Shown: in pieces, positions 1 to 9,698 of the stretch
Position numbering within the stretch: position 1 is the first letter of the stretch
Layout of the letters: every line of letters starts with the position of its first letter
Origin: an uncultured delta proteobacterium
Lineage (GTDB): Bacteria; Desulfobacterota; Syntrophia; Syntrophales; UBA2185
Reading direction: 5' to 3'
DNA: 64,000 nt
Assembly (NCBI GenBank): GCA_963729715.1
Contig: CAVSPA010000006.1
Span: 64,001 to 128,000 of the forward strand
Made by a program: the position numbers and the translations under genes
Notes under the pieces: model-generated
What the model was told of the DNA's origin: nothing
Databases searched by the model: none
Seen by the model: the letters and a program-made list of their open reading frames with translations, nothing else

Positions 1-153
1 ACGGAAGACTTTTCTGAATGCGGACAATCCATTAATATACCAGAGAAAATGTGAAGGAGCATTTTGACCTCCAACAGATGGACAGCCCGCTAAGAACAGC
101 CTTCTTCAGGAGCATGCGAGGCGTTGAGCGGTTAAGAATTCGGGTACACGATT

Positions 154-936
154 TTGAGTGAAGCCATGACTGTCATAAATTCGGATGATGCCTGCAGGAG
201 AATGGCCATGGCCATTCTGACGGGTGAGCTGAAACCCCGGGAGCGCCTGGTCGAGTCGGAACTGATCAAAAAATTCAATGTAAAGCGTTTCACCATTCGC
301 AAAGCCATTCAGGAGCTGGTCCATCTCGGATTCGTCGAGTTCACTCCGAATAAGGGTGCGAGGGTGGCAGACATTACCGATGAAGAGCTGGAGGATCTCT
401 ACTGCGTGCGGTTGAGTTTGGAGCTACTGGCAGCGGAGCTCCTGATCAAGAAGATTACTCCGGACAAATTGGCCCTTCTCTGGAAGATTCATAAGGAATA
501 TTCCAGAGCCGTCGAGAGCGGCGTGCTTGAGGACATGGTGATGAAGAATGAGGAGTTCCACCAGGCCATCTATGCGATGACTGAAAACAGGTTTCTCGCA
601 GACAATCTTGAAAGATTGAAAAACGGCATCTTCGCTCTCCGGTACAACGCCTACGTCTCGCTTGACATACCCCAGGTGAGTATTGCCCAGCACGAAGCCA
701 TCATCATAGCTCTCGCTGAAGGCGATTTGGAGAAACTCAAAAGGTGTGTGAGAGAAAATATCATTTATCCGAAGATGATTCATGAGGCAAAAAAACCGAA
801 GCAGCCTTCTGCCGAGGGAGCCAAAGGTTTTGTGGACGGGATGCTGCGGGAGAAGCGGGGAAACAAATGGAAAGACGATCGACGGCCCGGCGCTCGCAGG
901 CACAAGAAGTACGTAATATGGGACCGCCATCTGTGA
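154..936 (+). CDS. GntR/FCD-family transcriptional regulator
   Basis: N-terminal wHTH (ILTGELKPRERLVESEL...IRKAIQEL...PNKGARV) and FCD domain (NEEFHQAI...QHEAII). Start may be ATG at 167. Confidence 0.9.
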   Translation: MSEAMTVINSDDACRRMAMAILTGELKPRERLVESELIKKFNVKRFTIRKAIQELVHLGFVEFTPNKGARVADITDEELEDLYCVRLSLELLAAELLIKKITPDKLALLWKIHKEYSRAVESGVLEDMVMKNEEFHQAIYAMTENRFLADNLERLKNGIFALRYNAYVSLDIPQVSIAQHEAIIIALAEGDLEKLKRCVRENIIYPKMIHEAKKPKQPSAEGAKGFVDGMLREKRGNKWKDDRRPGARRHKKYVIWDRHL

Positions 937-1073
937 TGAGAAAGTTCCGCTAAGGGTTCTTCGGGCCTCTGTCGGCGTCTTCTCATGAGTTGAAGAAAGG
1001 TATGAAAGATTCACATTTCACTATCCGGAAGGGGAAAGTCTGAAGTCACGCATTTAATCTACGGGGTGTATCT

Positions 1074-1946
1074 ATGTTTGTATCGATCTTGATCAACGGG
1101 TTAGTTTCAGGCGCGGTTTATGCCATTCTTGCCATTGGCTTCTCCCTTATTTTCGGCGTTGCGAAGATACTGAACATGGCCCATACCGCCTTTTACATGC
1201 TCACCGCTTTTCTCATACTGGGCGCTATAACATTCCTCGATGTGCCGCTTCCCCTTGCCGCCGTGGCATCCATTATTGTCGCAGGCCTCTTAGGAGTGGT
1301 CTGCTATAAACTGTGTTTTGACAGGATCAAGGTGCATGAAACAGCAGTGATGATTATCTCAGTGGCGATAGCAATGCTGTTTGAGGAAACGTTGCTGTTA
1401 ACATTTGGTGCTCAATACCAGAGAATACCTCCCTTTGTCGAAGGATATTTCGAAATTGGAGGGGTTAGCGTCCTTAATCAACATTTCTTTACGGCTGGAG
1501 CAAGCATTATTACCCTGGTCGGGGTATGGCTATTATTGTCAAAGACAAAACTCGGCAAGGCGATAAGAGCTGTGGACCAGGATCGCGAGATGGCTAACGT
1601 TATGGGAATCAATGTAACCAAGACGAGTATGCAAGTTATGGGTATATCAGTAATCTTGGCAGGCGTAGCGGGTGCAGTAACGGCTCCTACAATTATGATA
1701 AACCCTTTGATGTGGACTAACCCGCTTGTTATCGTGCTGTCCGCAGTTGTGCTTGGCGGGCTCGGAAGCATCAAGGGGAGCGCTATCGCGGCTTTTATCC
1801 TGGGATATGCGGAGACCATGGTAGTTTTTCTCGTTCCTGATGGAAGTTTTTTAAGGGGCGCGGTTTCATTAAGCGTGATGGTATTGGTGCTCTTGGTGAG
1901 ACCTGAGGGCTTATTTGGAGTAGCATTCGAGGAAGAGAGATTATAA
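1074..1946 (+). CDS. livH: HAAT-family ABC transporter permease
   Basis: NGLVSGAVYAILAIGFSLIFG...NMAH, GKAIRA..QDREMA..MGIN and VVLGGLGS motifs; hydrophobic. Confidence 0.9.
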   Translation: MFVSILINGLVSGAVYAILAIGFSLIFGVAKILNMAHTAFYMLTAFLILGAITFLDVPLPLAAVASIIVAGLLGVVCYKLCFDRIKVHETAVMIISVAIAMLFEETLLLTFGAQYQRIPPFVEGYFEIGGVSVLNQHFFTAGASIITLVGVWLLLSKTKLGKAIRAVDQDREMANVMGINVTKTSMQVMGISVILAGVAGAVTAPTIMINPLMWTNPLVIVLSAVVLGGLGSIKGSAIAAFILGYAETMVVFLVPDGSFLRGAVSLSVMVLVLLVRPEGLFGVAFEEERL

Positions 1947-1947
1947 A

Positions 1948-3045
1948 GTGATAACACGTATTGTATGGATGTGGATGTGGTTTCGTAAATCCGTCCTGGT
2001 TGTTCCCGGGCGGGCAATCGCGCTGCTTTTTGGCATAACGTTGCTTTTTTTCCCTCTTATCACGGCTGATGAGGAGATATTGCGTATTGTCACATTTGCC
2101 GCAATATTTTCCCTTTACGCCGTGAGCTGGGACACTTTAAGCGGATTTACCGGACAGTTAAGTCTCGGCCACGCACTTTTCTTTGGTGTCGCCGCCTACG
2201 CCAGCGCCTTGCTTGATTTACACTTTGACTTACCCTTGTGGTTGACCATTCCCATCGGAAGCTGCGTCGGGGCTTTGGTGGGGTTGATCGTCGGTCTGCC
2301 GGCTTTGCGTTTGCGTGGCTTGTATTTGGGGCTTGTGACACTTGCTTTTCCGATAATCCTTTCCGGGATCATATTTTTCTTTTCAGACTTCACAGGCGGT
2401 GAGGCCGGTCTTTACGGATTAAGTCGTCTTGCGGAAGACAAAATCAATGCCTACTACATTGTTATGGCAGTGGTGATGTGTTCCATTTTCATTATGTTCA
2501 AATTTACCGATGCAAAAAGCAGGATCCTGAGGACTGGTCTTCTCTTGCGCGCCATTCGGGAAGACGAGATGACCGCGCGTGCCTCGGGGATAGATACGAT
2601 AAAATATAAGCTGCTGGCTTTTGCGATAAGCGGGTTTTTTGCAGGAATTGCCGGAGGCATGTATGCCCACTATATCAGAGTTGCCGGACCCTCCACGCTG
2701 GAGCTTATTTTTTCTATTCAAGTAGTGCTATGGTCAATTTTTGGAGGTATGGGGACGATCTATGGACCCGTTGCCGGAGTCTTCATTTTGTATCCGCTCA
2801 CAGAAATCATCCGGTTTTATCCGTATGGAGAGGAAATACGTTTTATCCTTCTTGCGCTTATCTTAATTCTTTCTCTGCTTTTCATGCCGGAGGGGATTAC
2901 CGTCTGGGTGCGTGATAAAATTGAGACGGAATGTACGAGATGCAAAGTCATGAATGTGGCTACCAGGCGTACCTGCAGGGCATGCCGGGCGCCGATGTTT
3001 CTGACGAAAGATAAAAACACAAATCAAGGAAAGGAAGAAAAATGA
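1948..3045 (+). CDS. livM: HAAT-family ABC transporter permease with C-terminal zinc-ribbon extension
   Basis: GFTGQLSLGHALFFG, LRLRGLYLGLVTLAF, RAIREDE, GGMGTIYGP motifs; tail CTRC-x10-CRAC. Confidence 0.9.
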   Translation: MITRIVWMWMWFRKSVLVVPGRAIALLFGITLLFFPLITADEEILRIVTFAAIFSLYAVSWDTLSGFTGQLSLGHALFFGVAAYASALLDLHFDLPLWLTIPIGSCVGALVGLIVGLPALRLRGLYLGLVTLAFPIILSGIIFFFSDFTGGEAGLYGLSRLAEDKINAYYIVMAVVMCSIFIMFKFTDAKSRILRTGLLLRAIREDEMTARASGIDTIKYKLLAFAISGFFAGIAGGMYAHYIRVAGPSTLELIFSIQVVLWSIFGGMGTIYGPVAGVFILYPLTEIIRFYPYGEEIRFILLALILILSLLFMPEGITVWVRDKIETECTRCKVMNVATRRTCRACRAPMFLTKDKNTNQGKEEK

Positions 3046-4751
3046 CTCAGACATCTGTATACTTGACCAGGCCTTGGCTTAGTTCTTATTTGCCTTCGTC
3101 TCCCCACGAGGTTGATGTCCCAAAGATATCAGTGAGCGAAGCTTTTGATGAAGTGACTGAGAAGTGGAAAAATAAAACCGCATTGATGTTTTATGGCAGA
3201 AAAATATCGTACAAAGAACTGAGGGAGAAGGTAGACAGACTGGCAACCGCCCTTGCAGATCTTGGCGTCAAAAAGGGAGACAGGATAGCAATATTATTAC
3301 TCAACTCTCCCGAATACATAATAGCGTCCTACGCGGCGTTCAAGTTAGGGGCCGTCGTAACAGCCATAAGCCCTGTTTATGTTTCGGCTGAGATCAAACA
3401 TCAATTGGAGGATGCGGGAGCAGAGACTATAATTTGTCAGGACATACTTTATGAAGCCGTAGAGAAAACAGGCATCAAATTCAAAAACGTGATTTTAACC
3501 AATATATCCGAATCCCTCCCTAAATTAACAAAATTTGTAGGCAAGACCATCTTGAGCGCCGTATATCAGAAGATGGCAGCGCCTGCCCCGGAAATACTCA
3601 CGAGGGAGGGTTTTCATAAACTTGTGGACTTGATCAAGAAATATCCACCGACCCCGCCAAAGGTTGACATAGGTCCTGAAGATCTCATTACACTCCCATA
3701 TACAGGGGGTACAACAGGGCTACCAAAGGGTGTTATGCTGACGCATGGAAATGTGATGGCCTCCGTTGCGATCTACAAAGCTGCAAATATGTTTCTTGAA
3801 GACGGCAATGAATCCGTCGTCGGTATCATGCCATTTTATCACGCAGGAGGTCAATTTAACGCCGTCTTCTTTTCGATCTTATCCGGGTTTAAGATACTGA
3901 TACTTACAACTCCTGAACCTGATGAATTATTATATACCATTACCAGTCAGAGGCCGAGCCTTCTGATTAGTGCTCCGTCTCTGTATGAAAAGCTCAAGGA
4001 CTATGAAAAGACCGATAGAGTGAACTGGAAAAAATTTAAAATCATTACCAGCGGGGGCGACGCACTCAATGAATATACCGCCAAGGACTGGGAGGCCAAG
4101 ACGGACACGAAACTCCACGAAGTTTACGGCATGACTGAATTCGTATGTTTAAGCCATTGTGTCCCCTTGGGCAAAGTAAAAGTCGGTTCCGTCGGCATCC
4201 CGATGCCCGGTGTTCTGGCCGCCATAGCTGATCAGGATAAGGATGAATTTCTCCCGATCGGCGAATTGGGTGAAATTGTGGTACATGGTCCGCTGGTAAC
4301 TAAAGGGTACTGGAAAAATCCGGATGATACAAAGGCCTGTGAGGCCATTATAGACGGTATACGATGGTGGAGAACCGGGGATCTGTCAAGCATGGACGAA
4401 GAAGGTTACTTTTATATTTATGACAGAAAACGGGATCTCATAAAATACAAAGGCCTGCGGGTGTATGCGCGAGAGGTGGAGGAGGCAATAAAGAGCCATC
4501 CAAAAATTAAGGAGGTGGGGGTCGTGGGGGTGAAGGACATAAAGGTGGGACAAAACGTAAAGGCCTTTGTAGTCCTGGAAAGCGATGCACGCGGTAATTT
4601 GTCCGAAGAGGATATTCGTGAATACTGCAAGGACAAGTTAGCCTCTTACAAGATTCCTAAAATTGTTGAATTTGTCGGCGAAATTCCTAAGACCGATATT
4701 GGGAAAGTATCACGGAGGGACTTAAGGGAGGAGGATGAAGCTCAAAAATGA
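3042..4751 (+). CDS. AMP-forming acyl/aryl-CoA ligase (FadD-like)
   Basis: YTGGTTGLPKG, YGMTE, TGD, DRKRDLIK and PKTDIGK adenylate-forming motifs. Confidence 0.9.
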   Translation: MTQTSVYLTRPWLSSYLPSSPHEVDVPKISVSEAFDEVTEKWKNKTALMFYGRKISYKELREKVDRLATALADLGVKKGDRIAILLLNSPEYIIASYAAFKLGAVVTAISPVYVSAEIKHQLEDAGAETIICQDILYEAVEKTGIKFKNVILTNISESLPKLTKFVGKTILSAVYQKMAAPAPEILTREGFHKLVDLIKKYPPTPPKVDIGPEDLITLPYTGGTTGLPKGVMLTHGNVMASVAIYKAANMFLEDGNESVVGIMPFYHAGGQFNAVFFSILSGFKILILTTPEPDELLYTITSQRPSLLISAPSLYEKLKDYEKTDRVNWKKFKIITSGGDALNEYTAKDWEAKTDTKLHEVYGMTEFVCLSHCVPLGKVKVGSVGIPMPGVLAAIADQDKDEFLPIGELGEIVVHGPLVTKGYWKNPDDTKACEAIIDGIRWWRTGDLSSMDEEGYFYIYDRKRDLIKYKGLRVYAREVEEAIKSHPKIKEVGVVGVKDIKVGQNVKAFVVLESDARGNLSEEDIREYCKDKLASYKIPKIVEFVGEIPKTDIGKVSRRDLREEDEAQK

Positions 4752-5515
4752 CCGCACCATTCCTTCAGGTTGAAAATTTAACTAAAGACTTTGGCGGGCT
4801 CAGGGCCGTAGAGGACGTAAGTTTCAGCATTGATCGGAACGAGGTCGTCGGTTTGATAGGGCCAAACGGCGCAGGAAAGACAACCTTGATTCGTCTTCTA
4901 ATGAATATACTGAAACCAACCTCCGGCAAGGTAATATTGAAAGGCGAAGACATTACGGGGCAGAAGACTGCAAAGATTGTAAACAAGGGAATGGCATTGA
5001 CTTTCCAGGTAGTAAAGCCATTTCGTCACCTGCCGGTTGCCGCCAATGTTATGGTGGCATGCCTTAGCCCCAAAACGAAGAGGAGGGGAGAGTGGGTAAA
5101 AACAGTTGAGTTGCGAGCGTTGGATGCACTGGAGTTCTGCGGCATTGCCGACCTTGCCCTTGAACCGGCATCGGTTCTATCCCACGGAGACCTGAAGCGC
5201 CTTGAATTAGCGAGGGCAATTGCCACCGAACCAGAACTTCTCCTCCTCGATGAGCCTTTTGGCGGATTGAGTCCGGCGGAAACGACGCTCGTTGCAGGGT
5301 CTTTAAAGCGGCTGCATAAAGGTGGTCGGTTTGGAAGACTCCATAGTGAGGGGCCCGCGATGCTTATCGTCGAGCACAAATTGTCCGAGTTGATGAAGAT
5401 TGTGGACCGGGTAATTGTGATTAATTTCGGAAAGGTAATTGCGATAGACGTCCCAGGTAATATAGTAAAAAATAAAGACGTAATAGAAGCGTATATCGGG
5501 AAGGGGGGCAAGTGA
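4748..5515 (+). CDS. livG: ABC transporter ATP-binding protein
   Basis: KDFGGLRAV, Walker A GPNGAGKTT, Walker B LLLLDEP, IVEH. Confidence 0.9.
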   Translation: MTAPFLQVENLTKDFGGLRAVEDVSFSIDRNEVVGLIGPNGAGKTTLIRLLMNILKPTSGKVILKGEDITGQKTAKIVNKGMALTFQVVKPFRHLPVAANVMVACLSPKTKRRGEWVKTVELRALDALEFCGIADLALEPASVLSHGDLKRLELARAIATEPELLLLDEPFGGLSPAETTLVAGSLKRLHKGGRFGRLHSEGPAMLIVEHKLSELMKIVDRVIVINFGKVIAIDVPGNIVKNKDVIEAYIGKGGK

Positions 5516-6264
5516 GCCTGTATCTGGAAGTAAAGAACCTGTCCGTTTTATATGACAGAGCGATTGTTTTAAACGGCTTGAGTTTGCATGTAAACTCAGG
5601 GGAACTGGTTAGCTTGGTAGGTCCAAATGGAGCCGGGAAGAGCACCCTTCTTAATGTCATGTCCGGGCTGATAAAATGGCAGCGTGATACGCTTAAGGGA
5701 ACGGTGAGCGGGAAAATTACCCTAAACGGAAGTGTCAAGTTTGACGGAAATGAGCTAATCAATCTTCCGGCCCACGAAATCGCAAGAAAAGGAGTAATCC
5801 TCTGCCCGGAGAGGGGGAGACCATTTCGAGAAATGACAGTGAAAGAGAACCTGGAAGTGGGCGCCCTTTTTATCGACAAGGAGGTAGCGGATCAAAATCT
5901 TGAGAAAGTCTATGCCCTTTTTCCAGTCTTGAAAAAAAGAGCCTCCCAAATTTCGGGGACACTATCGGGCGGCGAGCGCACAATGTTGTCAATCGGCCGA
6001 TCGTTGATGTCAGAACCCAAAATTCTGTTAATTGACGAACCTTCGGTTGGGCTTGCCCCATTGGTTAAGGATAGTTTATTCGAACGCATCAGAGACGTAC
6101 AGGGCATGGGAGTCACCATCCTCTTGACTGAGCAGGATGTAAGTTTCGCCTTTGATTTGGCTTCCAGAAATTATGTGATTTCCCGGGGAAAGATAATCGC
6201 TGAAGGAACTTCGCAGGAATTGCTTGCTGATGAGCTCATCAGAGAAACTTATTTGGGCCTGTAG
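5512..6264 (+). CDS. livF: ABC transporter ATP-binding protein
   Basis: GPNGAGKST, LSGGER, LLIDEPSVGLAP, C-terminal YLG. Confidence 0.9.
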   Translation: MSLYLEVKNLSVLYDRAIVLNGLSLHVNSGELVSLVGPNGAGKSTLLNVMSGLIKWQRDTLKGTVSGKITLNGSVKFDGNELINLPAHEIARKGVILCPERGRPFREMTVKENLEVGALFIDKEVADQNLEKVYALFPVLKKRASQISGTLSGGERTMLSIGRSLMSEPKILLIDEPSVGLAPLVKDSLFERIRDVQGMGVTILLTEQDVSFAFDLASRNYVISRGKIIAEGTSQELLADELIRETYLGL

Positions 6265-6482
6265 TACGCCGTATGAAATTCCGGCGTGGAGACGGGAGCT
6301 CAGGAGCCGGCGAAAGAGCTTTATCTGGAGGATGCGTTTAGTATAGCGGCTTATAATTTCACATAGAATGAAAAAAAGGAGGTGAAATACCGGCGTGAAA
6401 TGGGACTCACTTTTGGTTCGTATCAAAGGGGAAAGAAATGGATATTCCAAATTGTAGAGAGAAGCTAAGGCAGGAGGAAGCT

Positions 6483-7805
6483 ATGACAAGCAAGCATAAG
6501 AAGACAATGTACGGCATATTGGTGTGTTTCTTGATAATGGCTATGGCCACGATGGCCCATGCTCAAAATACCATCAAGTTTGGGTATATAGGCCCCATGA
6601 AATTCATAATTGGTCAGGAATGTTCTTTAACCGCTGAGATGGCTGTCGAAGACATAAATAAGGCGGGCGGGATCAAGGTTGGTAATACGAAATATAAGGT
6701 AGAGTTGGTCAAGGTGGACAGCAACGAGATTTTGAACATCTCAGATGCCGTAAGCGCAATGGAAAGACTGATTACTGCCGATAAGGTAAATTTTATAGTG
6801 GGGGGATACAGATCAGAAGCGGTGCTCGCCATGCAGGAAGTCATAGGGGACAAAAAAGCCATATGGATTAACTGCTATACGGGGTCCCCGGAGCCGGTTG
6901 CGAGAGTGGCAAAAAACTATGACCGACTGAAGTACTTCTTTAAGATTGCAACACTAAATTCCCAGTACATCGGTGACGTGGTTTTTAACGGGCTCCTTAT
7001 TATACGTGACAAGGTAATAAAGGACTTAGGTATTGCAAAACCTCGCGTAGCCCTCTTGGGAGAAAAGGCATTGTGGGTAGATTACGTGATTAAGGACATG
7101 CAAAAGAGGATTCCTGAGAATGGTATGGAAATAGCCGGTATATGGAGACCTTCTATTACAGCCCAGGACGTCACTGCTGAATTATCCGCTATTAAACAAT
7201 CAGGCGCGCAAATAATCCGTTTCGACGCTTGTGGTCCCATAGGAGCGGTTGTTCCTAAACAGTGGGGTGAGCTCCAGATACCCGCCGCCATGATTGGGTT
7301 TGACTGTGCGTCCATGAATGACCGAAACTGGGCGTCAAGCGGCGGATTGATTAACTATGAGGCGACCTTGGCCCCGTTTGGGAATGCTCACATAACGCCT
7401 AAGACAGTAGCTTATAGCAGAAAACTTAAGAACCGTTACGGGTACAGCCCCTCATACTGCGGCGTATGTTATGACGCTTACAATGTACTAAAAGCAGCCA
7501 TTGAAAGAGCCGGCACCCTTGATAAAGACGCTGTGGTAGCCGCCCTGGAAAAGACTGACTATGTCGGGGCTTCGGGAAGAATCGCGTTTACGCCCAAGGG
7601 CGCAAAGTGGGTTCATGATATAGTATTCGGCCCTGGTTATACAACAACTACCATTGTCCAATGGATAAACGGCAAACCAATGGTCATCTGGCCTGACGGT
7701 AAACCATTTTTGGGCGATAAGAAATGGGTCGGTGTAAAATACGGAGGTACGACGGAATATCAGTTGCCTCCTTGGATGGTAAAATACTGGCAGAGCAAGA
7801 AGTAA
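6483..7805 (+). CDS. ABC transporter periplasmic substrate-binding protein (LivJ/K type)
   Basis: RBS AGGAGG before ATG 6483; signal peptide ending AHA; IKFG..GP, INKAGGI and GGYRSE motifs. Confidence 0.85.
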   Translation: MTSKHKKTMYGILVCFLIMAMATMAHAQNTIKFGYIGPMKFIIGQECSLTAEMAVEDINKAGGIKVGNTKYKVELVKVDSNEILNISDAVSAMERLITADKVNFIVGGYRSEAVLAMQEVIGDKKAIWINCYTGSPEPVARVAKNYDRLKYFFKIATLNSQYIGDVVFNGLLIIRDKVIKDLGIAKPRVALLGEKALWVDYVIKDMQKRIPENGMEIAGIWRPSITAQDVTAELSAIKQSGAQIIRFDACGPIGAVVPKQWGELQIPAAMIGFDCASMNDRNWASSGGLINYEATLAPFGNAHITPKTVAYSRKLKNRYGYSPSYCGVCYDAYNVLKAAIERAGTLDKDAVVAALEKTDYVGASGRIAFTPKGAKWVHDIVFGPGYTTTTIVQWINGKPMVIWPDGKPFLGDKKWVGVKYGGTTEYQLPPWMVKYWQSKK

Positions 7806-8121
7806 GTAAGATAGTCTGTTACTTAGTGAGTTCTTTTTGTCAATCTTTTTACCAGGGAACTATATCTGTCTGTAATACGTTCTCGTAATCTATCGGCTGA
7901 GGGGGCCTGCGATTTTGGAGGCTCCCCTCAACGCTGCAGGTGCAACTTCTTTCCGGGCGGTTGCATTCCGCGGGTCACTAATGCAGGGTTTGGAAGGCGC
8001 GGAGGGTGAAAAAACTGGGCCTTGGGCCGGGCCAGAAGAAATTACATGAGACCATATTGGGTCACGCACAACGATTTGTAGCCCCAATTGGCAACTATGG
8101 AAAGATTGAAATATGAATTCG

Positions 8122-8165
8122 GTAGCGAGCGCATTCCCCGAAGCTTGCTGCGGAGAGCTTCAATT
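8122..8165. repeat. REP-like / IS200-IS605 end-like palindrome remnant
   Basis: CCCCGAAGCTTGCTGCGGAGAGCTTCAA is an imperfect hairpin in an intergenic region. Family recognised from memory only. Confidence 0.3.
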
Positions 8166-8196
8166 CATCAATGCAAGATCATCATAAGGAGGAAGC

Positions 8197-9666
8197 ATGA
8201 AGGCAAAACTGATAGACCAAAAGGGGGCCTTAGATTTTTGTGCGAAAGAAGGGGAACTTATCACCATTTCCAAAGAGGTGGATCCTGTGTACGAAATAGC
8301 GGGCATCACGAAGAGCTTTGATGGAGGTCCAATGGTCCTCTTCGAAAATATCAAGGGGTATCCGAAATGGAAGGCCGTGACGAACATTTTCGCAAATCGC
8401 GATCGGGTGGCCAGGTATTTTGGGACAACCAAGCAAGAGCTTCCCAAGCGGATTCTGGACGCAGCGAGGAATCCCATCCAGCCGAAATTGGTGACACAGG
8501 CGCCGTGCCAGGAAAATGTCATCACTAAGGACATCGATGTCCTGAACTTCCTGCCGGTGATTACGCACACGAAATTGGATATCGGTCCCGTTATTTCCGG
8601 TGGTGTAGTGATGATCAGTGTTCCCAAGGAGATGGGCGGAGGAGAGCAGTCCTTTAATCTTTCTTTCCATCGCATGAATCCGAGCCTGGGAAAAGACTGG
8701 ATTAGTATGGCAACGTTGTACAGCCGCCACTTCCTCGAAGTGCTGTATCATCATAAGTCGAAGAAGCAGGAGTACCCCGTTACGATTAACATCGGCATGT
8801 CTCCGGCATTAAGTGTGGTCGCTTCCGGCGGCGACTTCCCGCAAATCCGCCCCATTGGGACTGATGACCTGGGCATGGCCGGGAACCTGCAAGGGCAGGC
8901 CGTTGAGTACTGCAAGGCGAAGACCGTCGACGCCTACGCCCTGGCCCACGCAGATATCGTCCTCGAAGGAAAGGTGATTTATACTGAAAAGATAACCGAA
9001 GAACTTCCCTCCAAGGCGAAGGGACCGGGGAAGAGTTATTTCTTCCCTGAACAACTTGGCTACGAAGGTCTGGCAGCCGCGGGCTTCAAGATTCAGATTT
9101 CGGCCATTACCTACAGGAATAGTCCCTGTTACTTCACCCCTCTGGCCGATGCCTATGAGACAAATAACCTGCAGGTACTCATCTCGGAAGCGAGCATCTA
9201 CAATACCTGCAAGATGACGGCCCCGAACATCTTCACGAACTGTCATGTCCTGGACTGTATGAAGGGACATATGGGGGTGGTTATCCAGTGCCGTGTGCCC
9301 CATGAGCAAGAACAGGGAATCTCGCAAAATCTGATCGGCGCAGCCTTTGGGGCAGTCAGGAACCTTAATTTCGTGATAGCCGTCGATGAGGACGTAGATA
9401 TCTATGATCCTTCGGATGTCATTTGGGCGATGGTGAGGAGGACACGCGCTGCCGAGGACGTCAATATCATAAAGGGGGCAGGCATAGGCAATAACTTCGC
9501 AAAGTGGTCCGTTGACACAACTGTTCCTGTTGCAGAAAAATATCGGGCATTGAGACCCAAATTCGAGCCCATGGATCTAGGCAAGTGGCTGACCCCGGAA
9601 GAGGTCGCGAGAGGGCTCGCCCTGATGGACGACGGAGCAAAAAGTATCGCGAGGAGACGGGTGTAA
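8197..9666 (+). CDS. UbiD-family prFMN-dependent (de)carboxylase, copy 1 (AroY/LpdC-like features)
   Basis: EVDPVYEI, LFENIKGY, NLSFHR, ADIVLEG, FPEQLGY, VDEDVDIYD..DVIWA, DTTVP. Confidence 0.9.
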   Translation: MKAKLIDQKGALDFCAKEGELITISKEVDPVYEIAGITKSFDGGPMVLFENIKGYPKWKAVTNIFANRDRVARYFGTTKQELPKRILDAARNPIQPKLVTQAPCQENVITKDIDVLNFLPVITHTKLDIGPVISGGVVMISVPKEMGGGEQSFNLSFHRMNPSLGKDWISMATLYSRHFLEVLYHHKSKKQEYPVTINIGMSPALSVVASGGDFPQIRPIGTDDLGMAGNLQGQAVEYCKAKTVDAYALAHADIVLEGKVIYTEKITEELPSKAKGPGKSYFFPEQLGYEGLAAAGFKIQISAITYRNSPCYFTPLADAYETNNLQVLISEASIYNTCKMTAPNIFTNCHVLDCMKGHMGVVIQCRVPHEQEQGISQNLIGAAFGAVRNLNFVIAVDEDVDIYDPSDVIWAMVRRTRAAEDVNIIKGAGIGNNFAKWSVDTTVPVAEKYRALRPKFEPMDLGKWLTPEEVARGLALMDDGAKSIARRRV

Positions 9667-9698
9667 AGAAGGAATACGAGAAATAGAGGAGATTATTT

